NCBI GenBank assembly: GCA_963676915.2
Contig: CAXXVK010000067.1
Span: forward strand, 64,001-128,000
Direction of reading: 5' to 3'
From: Myxococcota bacterium
GTDB taxonomy: Bacteria > Myxococcota_A > SURF-8 > G963663525
Length of the DNA stretch: 64,000 bases
The translations under genes and the position numbers were made by a program. Below the pieces are notes generated by a model. That model ran no database searches, was not told the DNA's origin, and was given only the letters and a program-made list of their open reading frames with translations. Below are positions 7,236 through 17,188 of the stretch, one piece after another; positions within the stretch are counted from its first letter, which is position 1; each line of letters opens with the position of its first letter.

Positions 7236-9587
7236 ATGATTCGAAAAAGCTGGATCATCCTGTCTTGTCTGTCTTTGCTGTTCTCTCTTGGTTGTCTGGA
7301 GGAAGACAGCTCGCAAGACGGCATTTTCCTGGGAGAACCCTCCCAAAGCGAATGCAAATCCCAAGACGACCAGTTGGTGCTTAAAGCGCTGGCCGATGAT
7401 GCCGATCCTTCCGAGGCTGGAAGCTCCGACTTTTACATCGGAGCGCTCGACTATCGCACCGAAGGCACCGAGGTAACGGTCTATCATTTCGATAGCCTGC
7501 AAAACTGCTCGGCTGAAATGGCTTTCAACATGGAGCGCCGGGGTCAGGAAATCACACTGACCGAGATCAACACCTCCAGCGAAGACAGCCGCTGCACCTG
7601 CCGCATGGATCTGGAAGTCACTCTTCACAATCTCACCGATGGCGAAACCTATTTCATCGAGGTTTATAATGAGGATCATTCCACCTTTTACGGCCGTTTG
7701 ACTGTGGAAGTGGGCGAGCCTTGCACGCTGGAATGCGTCGAGCCGGAGGATTGCTGGAATCTCGATATCGCCATCCCGGATTGCATCGGTGACTGGGCTT
7801 GCATCGAAAATACTTGCCAGTGGCATTGTGAGCAGGATTGGGAATGCGCCTCGGATAGCGACTGCCCCGAAGGCATGTTCTGCGACTACGTCTACCCGAC
7901 CGACGTGGAACCGTTCTGCGACGAAGAAGGTGATTGCTGGGATCCGACCACCGGCACCCCCAATCCCGGCGTAGGTTTCTGCGCCTCCGGTGGCGATGAA
8001 TGCCGCACCGATGCCGATTGCTACACGAACCCCAATGTTCCCCAACCCGACTGCGAAGGCTACTTCGTCTGCAACACGGGCTACTGCGATTTCATCAGCG
8101 AGCAATGGTACGAGTGCTTCGACGATGCCGACTGCCCTGAAGGTTACTTCTGCGCCGTCTACCCGATGGCGGATGACGAGGGAATGTATGACCTCGACGA
8201 AAACGGTGGAATGCCGTATCCCATGGGTGGCGAATGCATGCCCTACCAGGAAGAATGCACGTCCAACGCCGATTGCTGGGAATATTTGGAAAACGGCGAA
8301 CTGATTTTGGACGATTGTGAAGGCAACCTTGCCTGCATCAATGGGATGTGTGTCTGGGAATGCACCCAGCCCGATGAATGCCGCACCGATGATGATTGCT
8401 GGGAACTTTTCGAGACGGGCGAGCTTGGAATCCCGGAATGTGAAGGCTACTTCCTTTGCATGGAAAACATGTGCCAGTGGGAGTGCTATGGTGGGGATGA
8501 TTGCCGTTCCAACGCCGATTGCCCGGAAGGCATGATCTGTGAATTCGGACCGGAAGGTTACGGCCAGTGTGTTCCGAACGAAGAACCGATGATCTGCTTC
8601 GACGATCTCGACTGCCCGACGGGCTACTTCTGCGAGATCAATTGGGACGAGACCGGACATTGGAATGATCTGGACAGCAACGGTGCACGCTGCGGTGGAG
8701 CCGAGCGCTGCATCCCCGAGGGAATCTGCCAGCCCATCGAAACACCGGAAGAGTGCTGGTCTGATGCCGATTGCCCTGACGGCATGATCTGCGAACTTCC
8801 CGTGTTCGAAGGCGAAGAAGTCTGTGTAGAGTTGGATGACGGTTCTGTGGAATGCTACGGAAATTCCGATACTTGCTGGATGGACGAAAACGGCGAAGTG
8901 TTCTGCGAAGAACCGCCTTTCCCCGGTGTTTGCGTGGCTTTCAATGAGCCCGAGCCGGAATGCTATGTGGATGAGGACTGCCCCGAAGGAATGATCTGTG
9001 ACTTCGTGAATGTTTACCCCGAAGAAGACTGCATCGTGCTGGATGACGGTACGGAAGAATGCTTCCCGGTTCCTGGTTACGTGGGTGGTGTGTGCATCCC
9101 GGCCCCGAATACGGAATGCAGCGACGATGCCGATTGCCCCGAAGGTATGGTTTGTTTCCTCGTGCGTACCCCTGCCGACCCTGACTACCCCTGCGATGCC
9201 GATGATCCCGCCAACTGCGAAGAATTCGTGACGGGTATCTGCGAATACCCATCGGTTCCTCCTGAGTTTTGTATGACCGATGCCGACTGCGGTGCGGACT
9301 ATGTCTGCGAAGTGATGGGTGAAGAAGAAATTTGCATCGAACTGGATGACGGTACGATCGAATGCACGACCGATCCTTCCACCGGCATGTGTTGGGTTGA
9401 CGAAGCTGGGAATGAATTCTGTGAATCCTATGGCATTTGCAGGCCCGCCGCTCCTACGCCCGAACCCTACCTTCCCTGCGAGGCGGACGACGACTGCCCC
9501 CAAGGCACGTTCTGCGCAGCCGTAGATTGCGTGGATGATCCTGATGCTGATTGCTTTGGCGGAAATATCTGTCTCCCCCTCGATTAA
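7236..9587 (+). CDS. Hyperacidic Cys-rich repeat lipoprotein
   Basis: ATG after AAGGAG and lipobox FSLGC. About 13 C-x-x-[DN]-x-D-C repeats (e.g. CASDSDCPEGMFC, CFDDADCPEGYFC). Very D/E/C-rich. Confidence 0.85.
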   Translation: MIRKSWIILSCLSLLFSLGCLEEDSSQDGIFLGEPSQSECKSQDDQLVLKALADDADPSEAGSSDFYIGALDYRTEGTEVTVYHFDSLQNCSAEMAFNMERRGQEITLTEINTSSEDSRCTCRMDLEVTLHNLTDGETYFIEVYNEDHSTFYGRLTVEVGEPCTLECVEPEDCWNLDIAIPDCIGDWACIENTCQWHCEQDWECASDSDCPEGMFCDYVYPTDVEPFCDEEGDCWDPTTGTPNPGVGFCASGGDECRTDADCYTNPNVPQPDCEGYFVCNTGYCDFISEQWYECFDDADCPEGYFCAVYPMADDEGMYDLDENGGMPYPMGGECMPYQEECTSNADCWEYLENGELILDDCEGNLACINGMCVWECTQPDECRTDDDCWELFETGELGIPECEGYFLCMENMCQWECYGGDDCRSNADCPEGMICEFGPEGYGQCVPNEEPMICFDDLDCPTGYFCEINWDETGHWNDLDSNGARCGGAERCIPEGICQPIETPEECWSDADCPDGMICELPVFEGEEVCVELDDGSVECYGNSDTCWMDENGEVFCEEPPFPGVCVAFNEPEPECYVDEDCPEGMICDFVNVYPEEDCIVLDDGTEECFPVPGYVGGVCIPAPNTECSDDADCPEGMVCFLVRTPADPDYPCDADDPANCEEFVTGICEYPSVPPEFCMTDADCGADYVCEVMGEEEICIELDDGTIECTTDPSTGMCWVDEAGNEFCESYGICRPAAPTPEPYLPCEADDDCPQGTFCAAVDCVDDPDADCFGGNICLPLD

Positions 9588-9609
9588 TCCCTTCCCGCCC
9601 CTTGCGTCC

Positions 9610-9642
9610 TGCCCCGGTTTTTCGACCGGGGCATTTTATTTT
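9610..9642 (+). terminator. Rho-independent terminator
   Basis: tgccccggtt-tttc-gaccggggca hairpin followed by ttttatttt. Confidence 0.75.
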
Positions 9643-9811
9643 GAAAGAAATGCATTTTGGAAAAAGATGGCAAAAGATCGAAAATACGGTTGAAAATCCT
9701 GCTTTTTCCGTTTATTCTAGATGTTATATAGTCTCCTGCCAAACAAGCGAATGGGAAAGGAGGGCTTTTCGCTTCGCGTTTTACTCACCCGAAATCGAAA
9801 GGAGCCTCATC

Positions 9812-10291
9812 ATGCGTTGTTCAAGTCGACGTGGGGTGCCGGTCGGGTTGCTATTCGTGTTGTTGATACTGACCACTGTTTTTTCTCTCGCCTACGCCGC
9901 CACACGGTACAAGATCACCGAGCCGGTTGAAAACGAACCCGTCGTCATCGACCAGGACACGGGCCTTCAATGGGCGCTTACCTTCGCCGCGAAAAAAAGT
10001 TGGCAAGAAGCTAACGCCTATTGCGAAAAGCTTGAGTACGGGGGCGCCGATGACTGGCGTTTGCCGACCAAGTACGATCTGATGGGTTTGATCGGCGAGC
10101 CGGGGAATTTTCCGGTAACCGAGTTTCCCAAAATGCCTGAAAAAGTTTTTTGGTCCGATACACCCAAAGAAGACAGTGAAAAGCACGCTTTTTACGTGGA
10201 TTTCTACAACGGGTTCATCGACTTCGACTACAAAGGCAATCGCTACTACGCTCGGTGTCTGCGTGGAGAAGAAGACCTCGATTTTGATTGA
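9812..10291 (+). CDS. Secreted DUF1566 (Lcl C-terminal) domain protein
   Basis: Signal peptide, then VIDQDTGLQW, SWQEANAYC, GGADDWRLPT, FWS and ARCLR. AAGGAG SD before ATG 9812. Confidence 0.85.
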   Translation: MRCSSRRGVPVGLLFVLLILTTVFSLAYAATRYKITEPVENEPVVIDQDTGLQWALTFAAKKSWQEANAYCEKLEYGGADDWRLPTKYDLMGLIGEPGNFPVTEFPKMPEKVFWSDTPKEDSEKHAFYVDFYNGFIDFDYKGNRYYARCLRGEEDLDFD

Positions 10292-10309
10292 GGCATGAAA
10301 AGAACGGTC

Positions 10310-10382
10310 ACCGGGGACGTTAAGCACGTTCCCGCCCCGGTAAGCCGGGAAACAAGTGGACGGGAATTCGCTTGTTACCGGG
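10310..10382. other. Overlapping hairpins between convergent genes (possible bidirectional terminator)
   Basis: accgggg/ccccggt (10310-10341), aacaag/cttgtt (10351-10376) and cccggtaa/ttaccggg (10336-10382). No clear U tract. Confidence 0.35.
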
Positions 10383-10419
10383 TTGATTTATTCGGAAACC
10401 ATAGGGGGATTCTTACGGG

Positions 10420-11058
10420 TCAACTGTTTTCGTTTTCCTCGAACACGTCCCGTATATTGGTGCGTGTGAGATACCACACGATTCCTGCGTGTAACACTGC
10501 AAATAGCAGGACGATAGCCGTCCATCCAAGGTATAGATTTCGTTCAAGATTTCCCGTTTCGGCCATTCTCGAAGCGCCCATAGCTTTAGCAAATTCAACC
10601 GTTAACCGTCCGAATCCAGGGATCATCAGGTAGCCGTACAGCGCCGCAAAAAGCGTTGCTGCGATGATAAATCCGATTTCCAGCTTTCTTCCCCAGTCTT
10701 TTCGCTTGAACATCCCCACTGCCGCCGCCAACGCCACGATGGCGAACAGAAAATTCGCGGTTCGGTAGACTCCCGGCATGGGTACCAGGCTTTTCACTGA
10801 TTCCATCAATTCTTCGATCCGTTCCAATAGCTCCGGGGATTGTCGAAACGTCGCAACGGCGTCTTTCTGCTCCGGGGTCAGTTCTCCTTCCACTCGCTCC
10901 AGCATTTCGGACAGGCTTTCGTCTGCGTGGTCGGACGAAAACCACGTTCCCATCTCCGAAGCGATGCCCACCACGCCGATAACCGCCCCGAACAGTGCAA
11001 GAAGGAACAAACCCATCGGCATGGGACGAGGACGTGAGGATTTTGGTGAAGATGGCAT
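10420..11058 (-). CDS. Hypothetical integral membrane protein (4 predicted TM helices)
   Basis: Four hydrophobic segments, GMFKRKDWGRKL loop and C-terminal YLTRTNIRDVF. Start codon uncertain (11058 or 11100). Confidence 0.7.
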   Translation of the reverse strand: MPSSPKSSRPRPMPMGLFLLALFGAVIGVVGIASEMGTWFSSDHADESLSEMLERVEGELTPEQKDAVATFRQSPELLERIEELMESVKSLVPMPGVYRTANFLFAIVALAAAVGMFKRKDWGRKLEIGFIIAATLFAALYGYLMIPGFGRLTVEFAKAMGASRMAETGNLERNLYLGWTAIVLLFAVLHAGIVWYLTRTNIRDVFEENENS

Positions 11059-11254
11059 GATCTGACCCGATTGTAGAAAAAACGCAACCGAGTATAGCAC
11101 TTCGATTCGGGAAAACGAAGTCTCTATTGTTCAGAGAAAGTCTTTCTTTTTCAAAAAGATTCAGAACTTGACACATTTCGTTGCTGGGTGGAAGATGACC
11201 GGAATTTGTAGGAAAAAACCAGATCGGTAGATTGTGCATCTCGGAGGCAGTTCG

Positions 11255-12961
11255 ATGAATTCCGCGTGGTTTTTGACGTTTGCAAGTGCCTGGTTTTTGT
11301 TGGCGTATTTCGTATATGGTCGTTGGTTGTCCCGAAAAGTGTTTCGGCTGGATGATAAACGAACCACACCAGCGTGTGAAATCGACGATGGGAAGGATTA
11401 CGTCCCAACCGATGCCAAGGTTGTTATGGGGCATCATTTCACGTCCATTGCGGGAGCGGGGCCGATTGTCGGACCGGCGATTGCCGTAATCTGGGGATGG
11501 ATGCCCGCAGCGGTCTGGATCATTGTAGGTTCGGTGGTTGCCGGAGCGGTTCACGATTTCGGGGCGATGGTTCTAAGTTTGCGGTATGAGGGGAGAAATA
11601 TCGGTTCGATTGCCGGAAACGTAGTATCTCCCGGTGCTCGAAGCGTTTTTTTGCTGATTATCGTGTTTTTGCTCTGGTTGGTAATCGCTGTATTCGCCTT
11701 GGTGATCGGCATCCTGTTCAAAATGTTTCCCGCTTCGGTTCTTCCCACCTGGTCCGTGATGTTTGTGGCCGTCGCTTTCGGGCTTGCCTATCGGAAAACC
11801 GGGCGTCTGGCCTTGACCGGCAGCGTAGCGACTCTCGTATTTATCGGATTGATTCTGCTCGGTACGCGGGTTCCCCTGTCCATGCCAAATCTTTTCGGTG
11901 TGGATAGCCTCATTTGGTGGGCGATCCTGCTGTTTTCATACTGTTATGTGGCTTCCATTCTGCCGGTGCAGTGGCTTTTACAGCCACGCGATTACATCAA
12001 TTCCCACGTGCTGTATCTGGTTATGGTGTTGTTGGCGGTAGCGATTTTCAACGCCGCTCCGGATATCAACGTACCTGTATATGTAAAAAAACCGGCTGGC
12101 GCGCCTCCGCTTTTCCCGGTTTTGTTCATTACGGTGGCCTGTGGAGCGATTTCGGGGTTTCATTCGCTGGTCTCTTCCGGGACGAGTTCCAAACAACTCC
12201 AAAAGGAATCCTCTTCGCAACTTGTCGGCTACGGATCGATGTTGCTCGAAGGCTTATTGGCTCTGCTCGTTATCGTGGCTTGTACGGCGGGAATCGAAAT
12301 GGGGATCGTCGGGAAAGACGGCGAAATTCTCCAAGGGATGGCGGCATTTTCCCATCATTATGCCGACTGGAATTCCGCTTCGGGACTTGGCGCGAAGGTT
12401 GGGGCGTTTATCGACGGTTCCGGGAACCTGCTGGCGGGAATCGGGCTGCCGTTGGCTTTCGCGAAAACGATTGTTGCCGTTACGGTCGTGGCGTTTGCGG
12501 CAACGACTCTGGACACAGCCACGCGACTTCAGCGGTACGCACTGAATGAATTGGGGCAGGATTTTCGCATCAAACCGTTGACCGGTATCCATTTGCCGAC
12601 GTTTCTGGCCGTCGCCAGCGCTGCGGCGCTTTGTTTTTCGCAAGGTGGCGCAAAAGGCGGGATGGTGCTCTGGCCGGTCTTTGGAACGACCAATCAGCTT
12701 CTGGCCTTGCTGGGGTTGGCGGTTTTGAGCGTCTATCTTTATCGTATCAAGAAAGCGGTCTGGTATACCCTCGTTCCTGCCATTGCCATGACGGGAATCG
12801 TTACAAGTGCGATCGTCATGAATCTTATCCAGTTCGTCCAGAGCGGACGCTGGTTTCTCTTTTCCGTACAAATTGTGCTTTTGTTGCTCGAAGCGGCATT
12901 GTTGTTCGAAGTCGTTCGTTTTTGGCTCAAAGAACGAAAAGCACTTGTATCCAGTCGCTAA
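11255..12961 (+). CDS. cstA: Carbon starvation protein A (peptide/pyruvate transporter family)
   Basis: TPA...DGKDYVPT, GHHFTSIAGAGPIVGP, WLLQPRDYIN, ITVACGAISGFHSLVSSGTSSKQL and TTLDTATRL. Confidence 0.95.
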   Translation: MNSAWFLTFASAWFLLAYFVYGRWLSRKVFRLDDKRTTPACEIDDGKDYVPTDAKVVMGHHFTSIAGAGPIVGPAIAVIWGWMPAAVWIIVGSVVAGAVHDFGAMVLSLRYEGRNIGSIAGNVVSPGARSVFLLIIVFLLWLVIAVFALVIGILFKMFPASVLPTWSVMFVAVAFGLAYRKTGRLALTGSVATLVFIGLILLGTRVPLSMPNLFGVDSLIWWAILLFSYCYVASILPVQWLLQPRDYINSHVLYLVMVLLAVAIFNAAPDINVPVYVKKPAGAPPLFPVLFITVACGAISGFHSLVSSGTSSKQLQKESSSQLVGYGSMLLEGLLALLVIVACTAGIEMGIVGKDGEILQGMAAFSHHYADWNSASGLGAKVGAFIDGSGNLLAGIGLPLAFAKTIVAVTVVAFAATTLDTATRLQRYALNELGQDFRIKPLTGIHLPTFLAVASAAALCFSQGGAKGGMVLWPVFGTTNQLLALLGLAVLSVYLYRIKKAVWYTLVPAIAMTGIVTSAIVMNLIQFVQSGRWFLFSVQIVLLLLEAALLFEVVRFWLKERKALVSSR

Positions 12962-14715
12962 GGCTTCACCTTCTTTGAAGAAGAAAGCTGTTTTTTCAGT
13001 ACTTGAACTAGCTCCTGTACAGCCTGCTTGGCGTTTTCCGATAACTGTTGTTCCGGTTCGAGGTTGATGGAAATCCGAACGGTTCCTTGGAGAACATACA
13101 GGTATTTCTTTCGAGGGTGTGTGAAAAGGGAAAGCGAAAGTTTCTCTTTTCCATCGAGAGAAACCAAATCGACGGTTCCATTGGTAGAAGACTGCTCGAT
13201 GTTTTCCACGCGATAGGCCTCGTTGAAACGTTGACCTTTCAAAATCGATAAATTCAGCGCCTCGGGGAAGGGTTCGAGAAACGCCGTAATGGGTGCAAGC
13301 TTCAAATCCGGATCGATGACCTTTTGGAACGAACGAGGAATTTTGGCGTCTACGGCAAATTGGGCAATACTTTGGCGTAGTTCCTCGAAAGGGTGTTGTG
13401 AGTAGCTTCGTTTCGCTTCATCCAACGCCAGAATAAGGACCATTCGCAATACATAGGCGTTGAAATGGACGAAATCGAGATGGCGGCTCAAATCCTCATT
13501 GATCGTTGCATCCCCCTTGAAATGGTTTGCAAAAGCGGAAACCAATAAGTCTTCCCTAGGGAAGCTTTGTAGCAACGATGTCAGATTCAGGAACTTTGCC
13601 TCATGGTCGATCAGCACCTTTTCGACAGTGTTTATCAGAGGTGTCAGAGGATTCGGTTGCACACGATAATTGTATGGGAAAATCACGAAGACGGCTGGAA
13701 CGTCGTGCCGTTTCAATAATTCGATGCTTTGTCCCAAGGCATCGAGATTTTCGCGGAATTCCTTGGTTTCGGATAGGGCCGTATAAAAAGGCTCCACCTC
13801 TTTGAAATCGAAATTAGCCTGTTCCCCGAGATGCCGGATCAAAGTGTCACGGTGTTTTTTTACCCAGGGATGATTGCTTTCAAGAAAAAGGGGAAGCCTG
13901 CCTTCTTGTAGCATTTCTTCTGAAACAGAAGTCGCCCAAGAATAGCGATGACGACCTTGGCCGAGATCGAGTTCCAACTCCCAAGGACCGAAATCGTTAA
14001 GGCAGATTCCGACGAGTACGAAATCGGGTTTGGGGGATTGTTCTAGTAATTCTTTGAGAATGCACTGTTCATCGACCTGGTTGTATCCTCCAAGGGAGGT
14101 ATCGGTTACGAGACCCGAGGTGTTGCTTCTTTGCATTCCCATGAACAATGCGGAACCCAGGGCCATCGTTGAAACCGAATCCCCGATGATGGCGCCATGA
14201 AATCCTTCTCCCGTTCCATGGCGGTACCGAATCCAGCCGTTTTCATCTCTTCCTTCGATGGGTTTGTAGCGAAATCGTGGACAATCGCCGAATGTCATCT
14301 TTTGTTCCAGTTCGCTCGGTCCACCACGAAGAGGAATCCATCTCTGGATGCGGTCGCTCAAGGATTCGAGATCGAAAATCGCCAAGGTTGCACTGCCGAT
14401 TGCAACCGGAAGCAGTCCTGCCGTACATCCAAGAAGCCAGCGTAAGGATTTCTTAGGCTTTTTCTCGATAAACCACCATAGAACGGCAGGAAATACAAGC
14501 AATAAGCCGAGTTGAAACCAGGCCGAGCCTTCGGACCAACTGAGAATTTCCACAAAAAGGACCAAAACCGTCAGGAGAACCCAGACGAGGTCGGTTTTCC
14601 GTGTCAACGGAATGGATGCATCGGTTGATTTCAAGTGAGACTCCCAAAATCGATGACGTATGCAGCGAAGAAAAAAGGCGAGGACTTGAATCCCCGCCTT
14701 TTTGTCATTCTGCAA
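12958..14715 (-). CDS. Membrane-anchored SGNH/GDSL hydrolase-family protein
   Basis: Three N-terminal TM helices. Block I IIGDS, block II GGYN, block III CLND and block V DFVHFN. Start codon uncertain. Confidence 0.7.
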   Translation of the reverse strand: MQNDKKAGIQVLAFFLRCIRHRFWESHLKSTDASIPLTRKTDLVWVLLTVLVLFVEILSWSEGSAWFQLGLLLVFPAVLWWFIEKKPKKSLRWLLGCTAGLLPVAIGSATLAIFDLESLSDRIQRWIPLRGGPSELEQKMTFGDCPRFRYKPIEGRDENGWIRYRHGTGEGFHGAIIGDSVSTMALGSALFMGMQRSNTSGLVTDTSLGGYNQVDEQCILKELLEQSPKPDFVLVGICLNDFGPWELELDLGQGRHRYSWATSVSEEMLQEGRLPLFLESNHPWVKKHRDTLIRHLGEQANFDFKEVEPFYTALSETKEFRENLDALGQSIELLKRHDVPAVFVIFPYNYRVQPNPLTPLINTVEKVLIDHEAKFLNLTSLLQSFPREDLLVSAFANHFKGDATINEDLSRHLDFVHFNAYVLRMVLILALDEAKRSYSQHPFEELRQSIAQFAVDAKIPRSFQKVIDPDLKLAPITAFLEPFPEALNLSILKGQRFNEAYRVENIEQSSTNGTVDLVSLDGKEKLSLSLFTHPRKKYLYVLQGTVRISINLEPEQQLSENAKQAVQELVQVLKKQLSSSKKVKP

Positions 14716-15061
14716 AGATTTTACAAAAACGCGATGGATACCGCAACAAAGGAACCATAAAAAGATAGAGCAGAAGGGAGTTTACGGCTTTTCGCGCTGT
14801 TGACGTGACAAAAAAGAGGGGTGGGCGAAAAAAAAAACGATTTCAGATTCGATTTCGATAAAAGGCAGAGAGGCTTTTTTTCGTTTTTTCTTTGTGATGA
14901 AACGTTGGTAAAAGGAGTTGAAATATCAATAAAATTCACGCATTGGATTCGAAAAATGAATTACTGCTGCCGACGGAGGAGGTAGTCTTTGATCGCGGTT
15001 ACTCTCTGGAGCTTGCCAAAGTTGGCTGTTTTGACATATAGTATCTTATATGCAGGATGAC

Positions 15062-15259
15062 GAATCCTGTTTCCGCGTTCCCAATTGAACGCATGGGGGA
15101 ATTCCAGTAGAGGTCGGTTCGATCCGCTGAAACCGGAACATTCATGAGGGCGTAAGCAGACTCTTCATGGAGTTTCCGGTTTGGTGCCGCTGGACAGAGA
15201 TTCCGTCGCCTTCGGGTGTTCGTCGAAGTATCCAGGCTGGAGCGTACGAGCCGGTTTTT
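15062..15259 (+). ncRNA. Candidate structured RNA or 5' leader (family not recognised)
   Basis: Begins just after TTGACA(15031)-16 bp-CAGGAT. 15062-15077 can pair with 15188-15203. Long internal hairpin aaaccggaa..ttcatgaggg / ctcttcatgga..tttccggttt (15130-15182). Hairpin plus T tract ending near 15259. Confidence 0.3.
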
Positions 15260-15369
15260 CCACAACGATATCGATTTGTCAGGCGAATACGGATGTTCGG
15301 ATCGGCGTTGTGGTTTTTCATAACCAAGCCCATTGTCCTAATGGCTTGCGGAAAGAAAGGAGGAATGCA

Positions 15370-15912
15370 ATGGAGAGGATTCAGCACTCATTGGGGATGG
15401 AACGAGATCGGAAAGATGTTCTCGATATCATTATGAAACGGCGTTCCATTCGGAAATTCACAGGTGAACCTGTGCATGAGGAGGATCTTGTCACGTTGCT
15501 CAAAGCTGGGATGTCGGCTCCTTCTTCGAACAATCGACGTCCGTGGCGTTACCTTGTGGTTACCGATCCGCAAAAAATACGCAAAATCAGTCAGGCCCAT
15601 CCGTATGCACGATTTGCTGCGAAGGCGGGGGCAATTATCATCCCGTTCGGTGTTCCCGATCGTCGGCACTATTTTTTCCAGGATTTCGGTGCGAGCGTAG
15701 AAAACATTTTGATTGCTGCTGCCGGAATTGGCTTGGGAGCGACATGGTGCGGTATGAATCGTGAACGTCAGATGTTGTTGCGTTCCATCACCGGATTGCC
15801 CGAAAGGTACTGGCTTTTTGCCGTGATTCCGGTGGGATATCCCCGAGAAGGCAAACCACCAAGGACGCAATACGACGAGGCGAAAGTCTATTGGAATCGT
15901 TATGGGAAATAG
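15370..15912 (+). CDS. Nitroreductase family protein
   Basis: RRSIRKF, APSSNNRRPWRY, ENILIAAAGIGLGATW and IPVGYP. GGAGG SD. Confidence 0.92.
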   Translation: MERIQHSLGMERDRKDVLDIIMKRRSIRKFTGEPVHEEDLVTLLKAGMSAPSSNNRRPWRYLVVTDPQKIRKISQAHPYARFAAKAGAIIIPFGVPDRRHYFFQDFGASVENILIAAAGIGLGATWCGMNRERQMLLRSITGLPERYWLFAVIPVGYPREGKPPRTQYDEAKVYWNRYGK

Positions 15913-15939
15913 ATAACAGGATTTTTCCAGTAGTATTCA

Positions 15940-15969
15940 GCCGGACCTTTGATGGGCCCGGTTTTTTTT
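15940..15969 (+). terminator. Rho-independent terminator
   Basis: gccggacc...gggcccggt hairpin followed by 8 T. Confidence 0.7.
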
Positions 15970-16031
15970 CGTCTTCAAAGAGGATATTCTTATTGGATTC
16001 ATGAATAGTTTCGCTTCCTTCTTTGAAATAC

Positions 16032-16060
16032 TTGTGTTTAATATTGTAAGTTGTTATAAT
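16032..16060 (+). promoter_or_regulatory. Sigma70 promoter of the dctP operon
   Basis: TTGTGT-17 bp-TATAAT with a TG extended -10 motif. Confidence 0.55.
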
Positions 16061-16105
16061 AAAGATATGCTTAATTTTATTAAATTAGCTAAAAGAATGT
16101 AAAAA

Positions 16106-17188
16106 ATGAAAACACTCTATAGCGCCTTTGGTTTCTCGGTATGGTTAGTGTTGTTGGTTTGTCTGATGTTACCAGTACCTGGAACTGCAAAAACGGTTAA
16201 GCGGGAAAGCGTCAAAGTACTGAAGTTAGGAACCGTCGCTCCCGAGCACACCCCTTGGGCGCAGTCCATGCAAAAACTGAAAGAAATGGTGGAAGGGCAG
16301 GGTAAGAGTGCAGTTCGTGTCAAACCGTTTATGGGTGGTCGCCTGGGAAATGAAACGTTCCTCCTCAAATCCTGCATGAAAGGTGAAATAGACATCGTGG
16401 CGGTTTCCGGGACGGTGGTTGCTGAAATCATCCCGGAGTTTGATGTTCTTGAATTCCCTTATCTTTTCGAGTCGGCGGAAGAAGCGGACTGGGTTATCGA
16501 TACGATATTGACAAACAAGATTCTCAGCAAACTTGAAAAAAACGGTCTCGTACTGCTGGGTTGGGCGGAAAACGGTTTCATGGGTCTCGCTTCGACCGAT
16601 AAAGCGATTCATCATCCCGATGATATGGCAGGGATGTCAATTCGAAGCCAGGAAAGCCGCGTTGCCATGGAAACATTGGCATCGTTTGGTACCAAACCCA
16701 TGAAGCTCGGTGTTCGGGACGTAGCATTGTCGTTGAAGTCTGGCATTATTCATGGCTTTCAAGGCTCCGTAGTGTGGATCGGCGCTTCCGGGTGGTCCAA
16801 AGCCTCGAAATATTTTCTGAAAACCCGCCATGCTTATCAGCCGGCTTTGGTGATAGCTTCCAAAAAATCATTCGACAACTGGCCCAAAGCCGTTAAATCT
16901 TTATTTCGTCTTCCCAACGAAGAATTCACGCGCTTTTCTCGCGAAGTGATTCGACGTAGCGAAGATCAGTGGGAAGAAAAACTGAAAAAAGACGGAATGA
17001 TCGTCTCTGAAGTCACTGAAGAACAGCACCAAGCATTTGCCAAGAGAACCGAAGTCGTGTACGCTCGCAAAAGTCAGATTCTGGGACTTTCCGGAGCCGA
17101 GTTACTCGACGAAGTGCTCCGGGCTTTAAAGCAACGACGTGCGGGAGGTGCTGATGCAGTGCGAGGAAAAGACGATCCGGGCCGCTGA
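16106..17188 (+). CDS. dctP: TRAP transporter substrate-binding protein DctP
   Basis: Signal peptide, KLGTVAPEHTPW, GGRLGNE, FPYLF, LLGWAENGF and LKSGIIHG. Confidence 0.85.
   Translation: MKTLYSAFGFSVWLVLLVCLMLPVPGTAKTVKRESVKVLKLGTVAPEHTPWAQSMQKLKEMVEGQGKSAVRVKPFMGGRLGNETFLLKSCMKGEIDIVAVSGTVVAEIIPEFDVLEFPYLFESAEEADWVIDTILTNKILSKLEKNGLVLLGWAENGFMGLASTDKAIHHPDDMAGMSIRSQESRVAMETLASFGTKPMKLGVRDVALSLKSGIIHGFQGSVVWIGASGWSKASKYFLKTRHAYQPALVIASKKSFDNWPKAVKSLFRLPNEEFTRFSREVIRRSEDQWEEKLKKDGMIVSEVTEEQHQAFAKRTEVVYARKSQILGLSGAELLDEVLRALKQRRAGGADAVRGKDDPGR

Noticed and set aside
7236-9587. CRISPR array or DNA-level tandem repeat
   Set aside because: The repeats are degenerate, in-frame protein repeats with no constant repeat-spacer period and no cas genes.
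3528-10291. Diversity-generating retroelement, since FGE-sulfatase and DUF1566 domains are typical DGR targets
   Set aside because: No reverse transcriptase in the window and no template repeat matching either gene's 3' end was seen. A remote TR cannot be excluded.
14955-15015. Glycine riboswitch-like words (gccgacggag...actctctgg)
   Set aside because: The 5' GGAGA segment and supporting stems are missing, and no glycine-related gene follows.
15106-15250. Lysine or SAM-I riboswitch, or tRNA (GGTTCGATCC), within the structured region
   Set aside because: Only isolated words match. Core motifs and a cloverleaf are absent. Kept only as an unknown RNA candidate.
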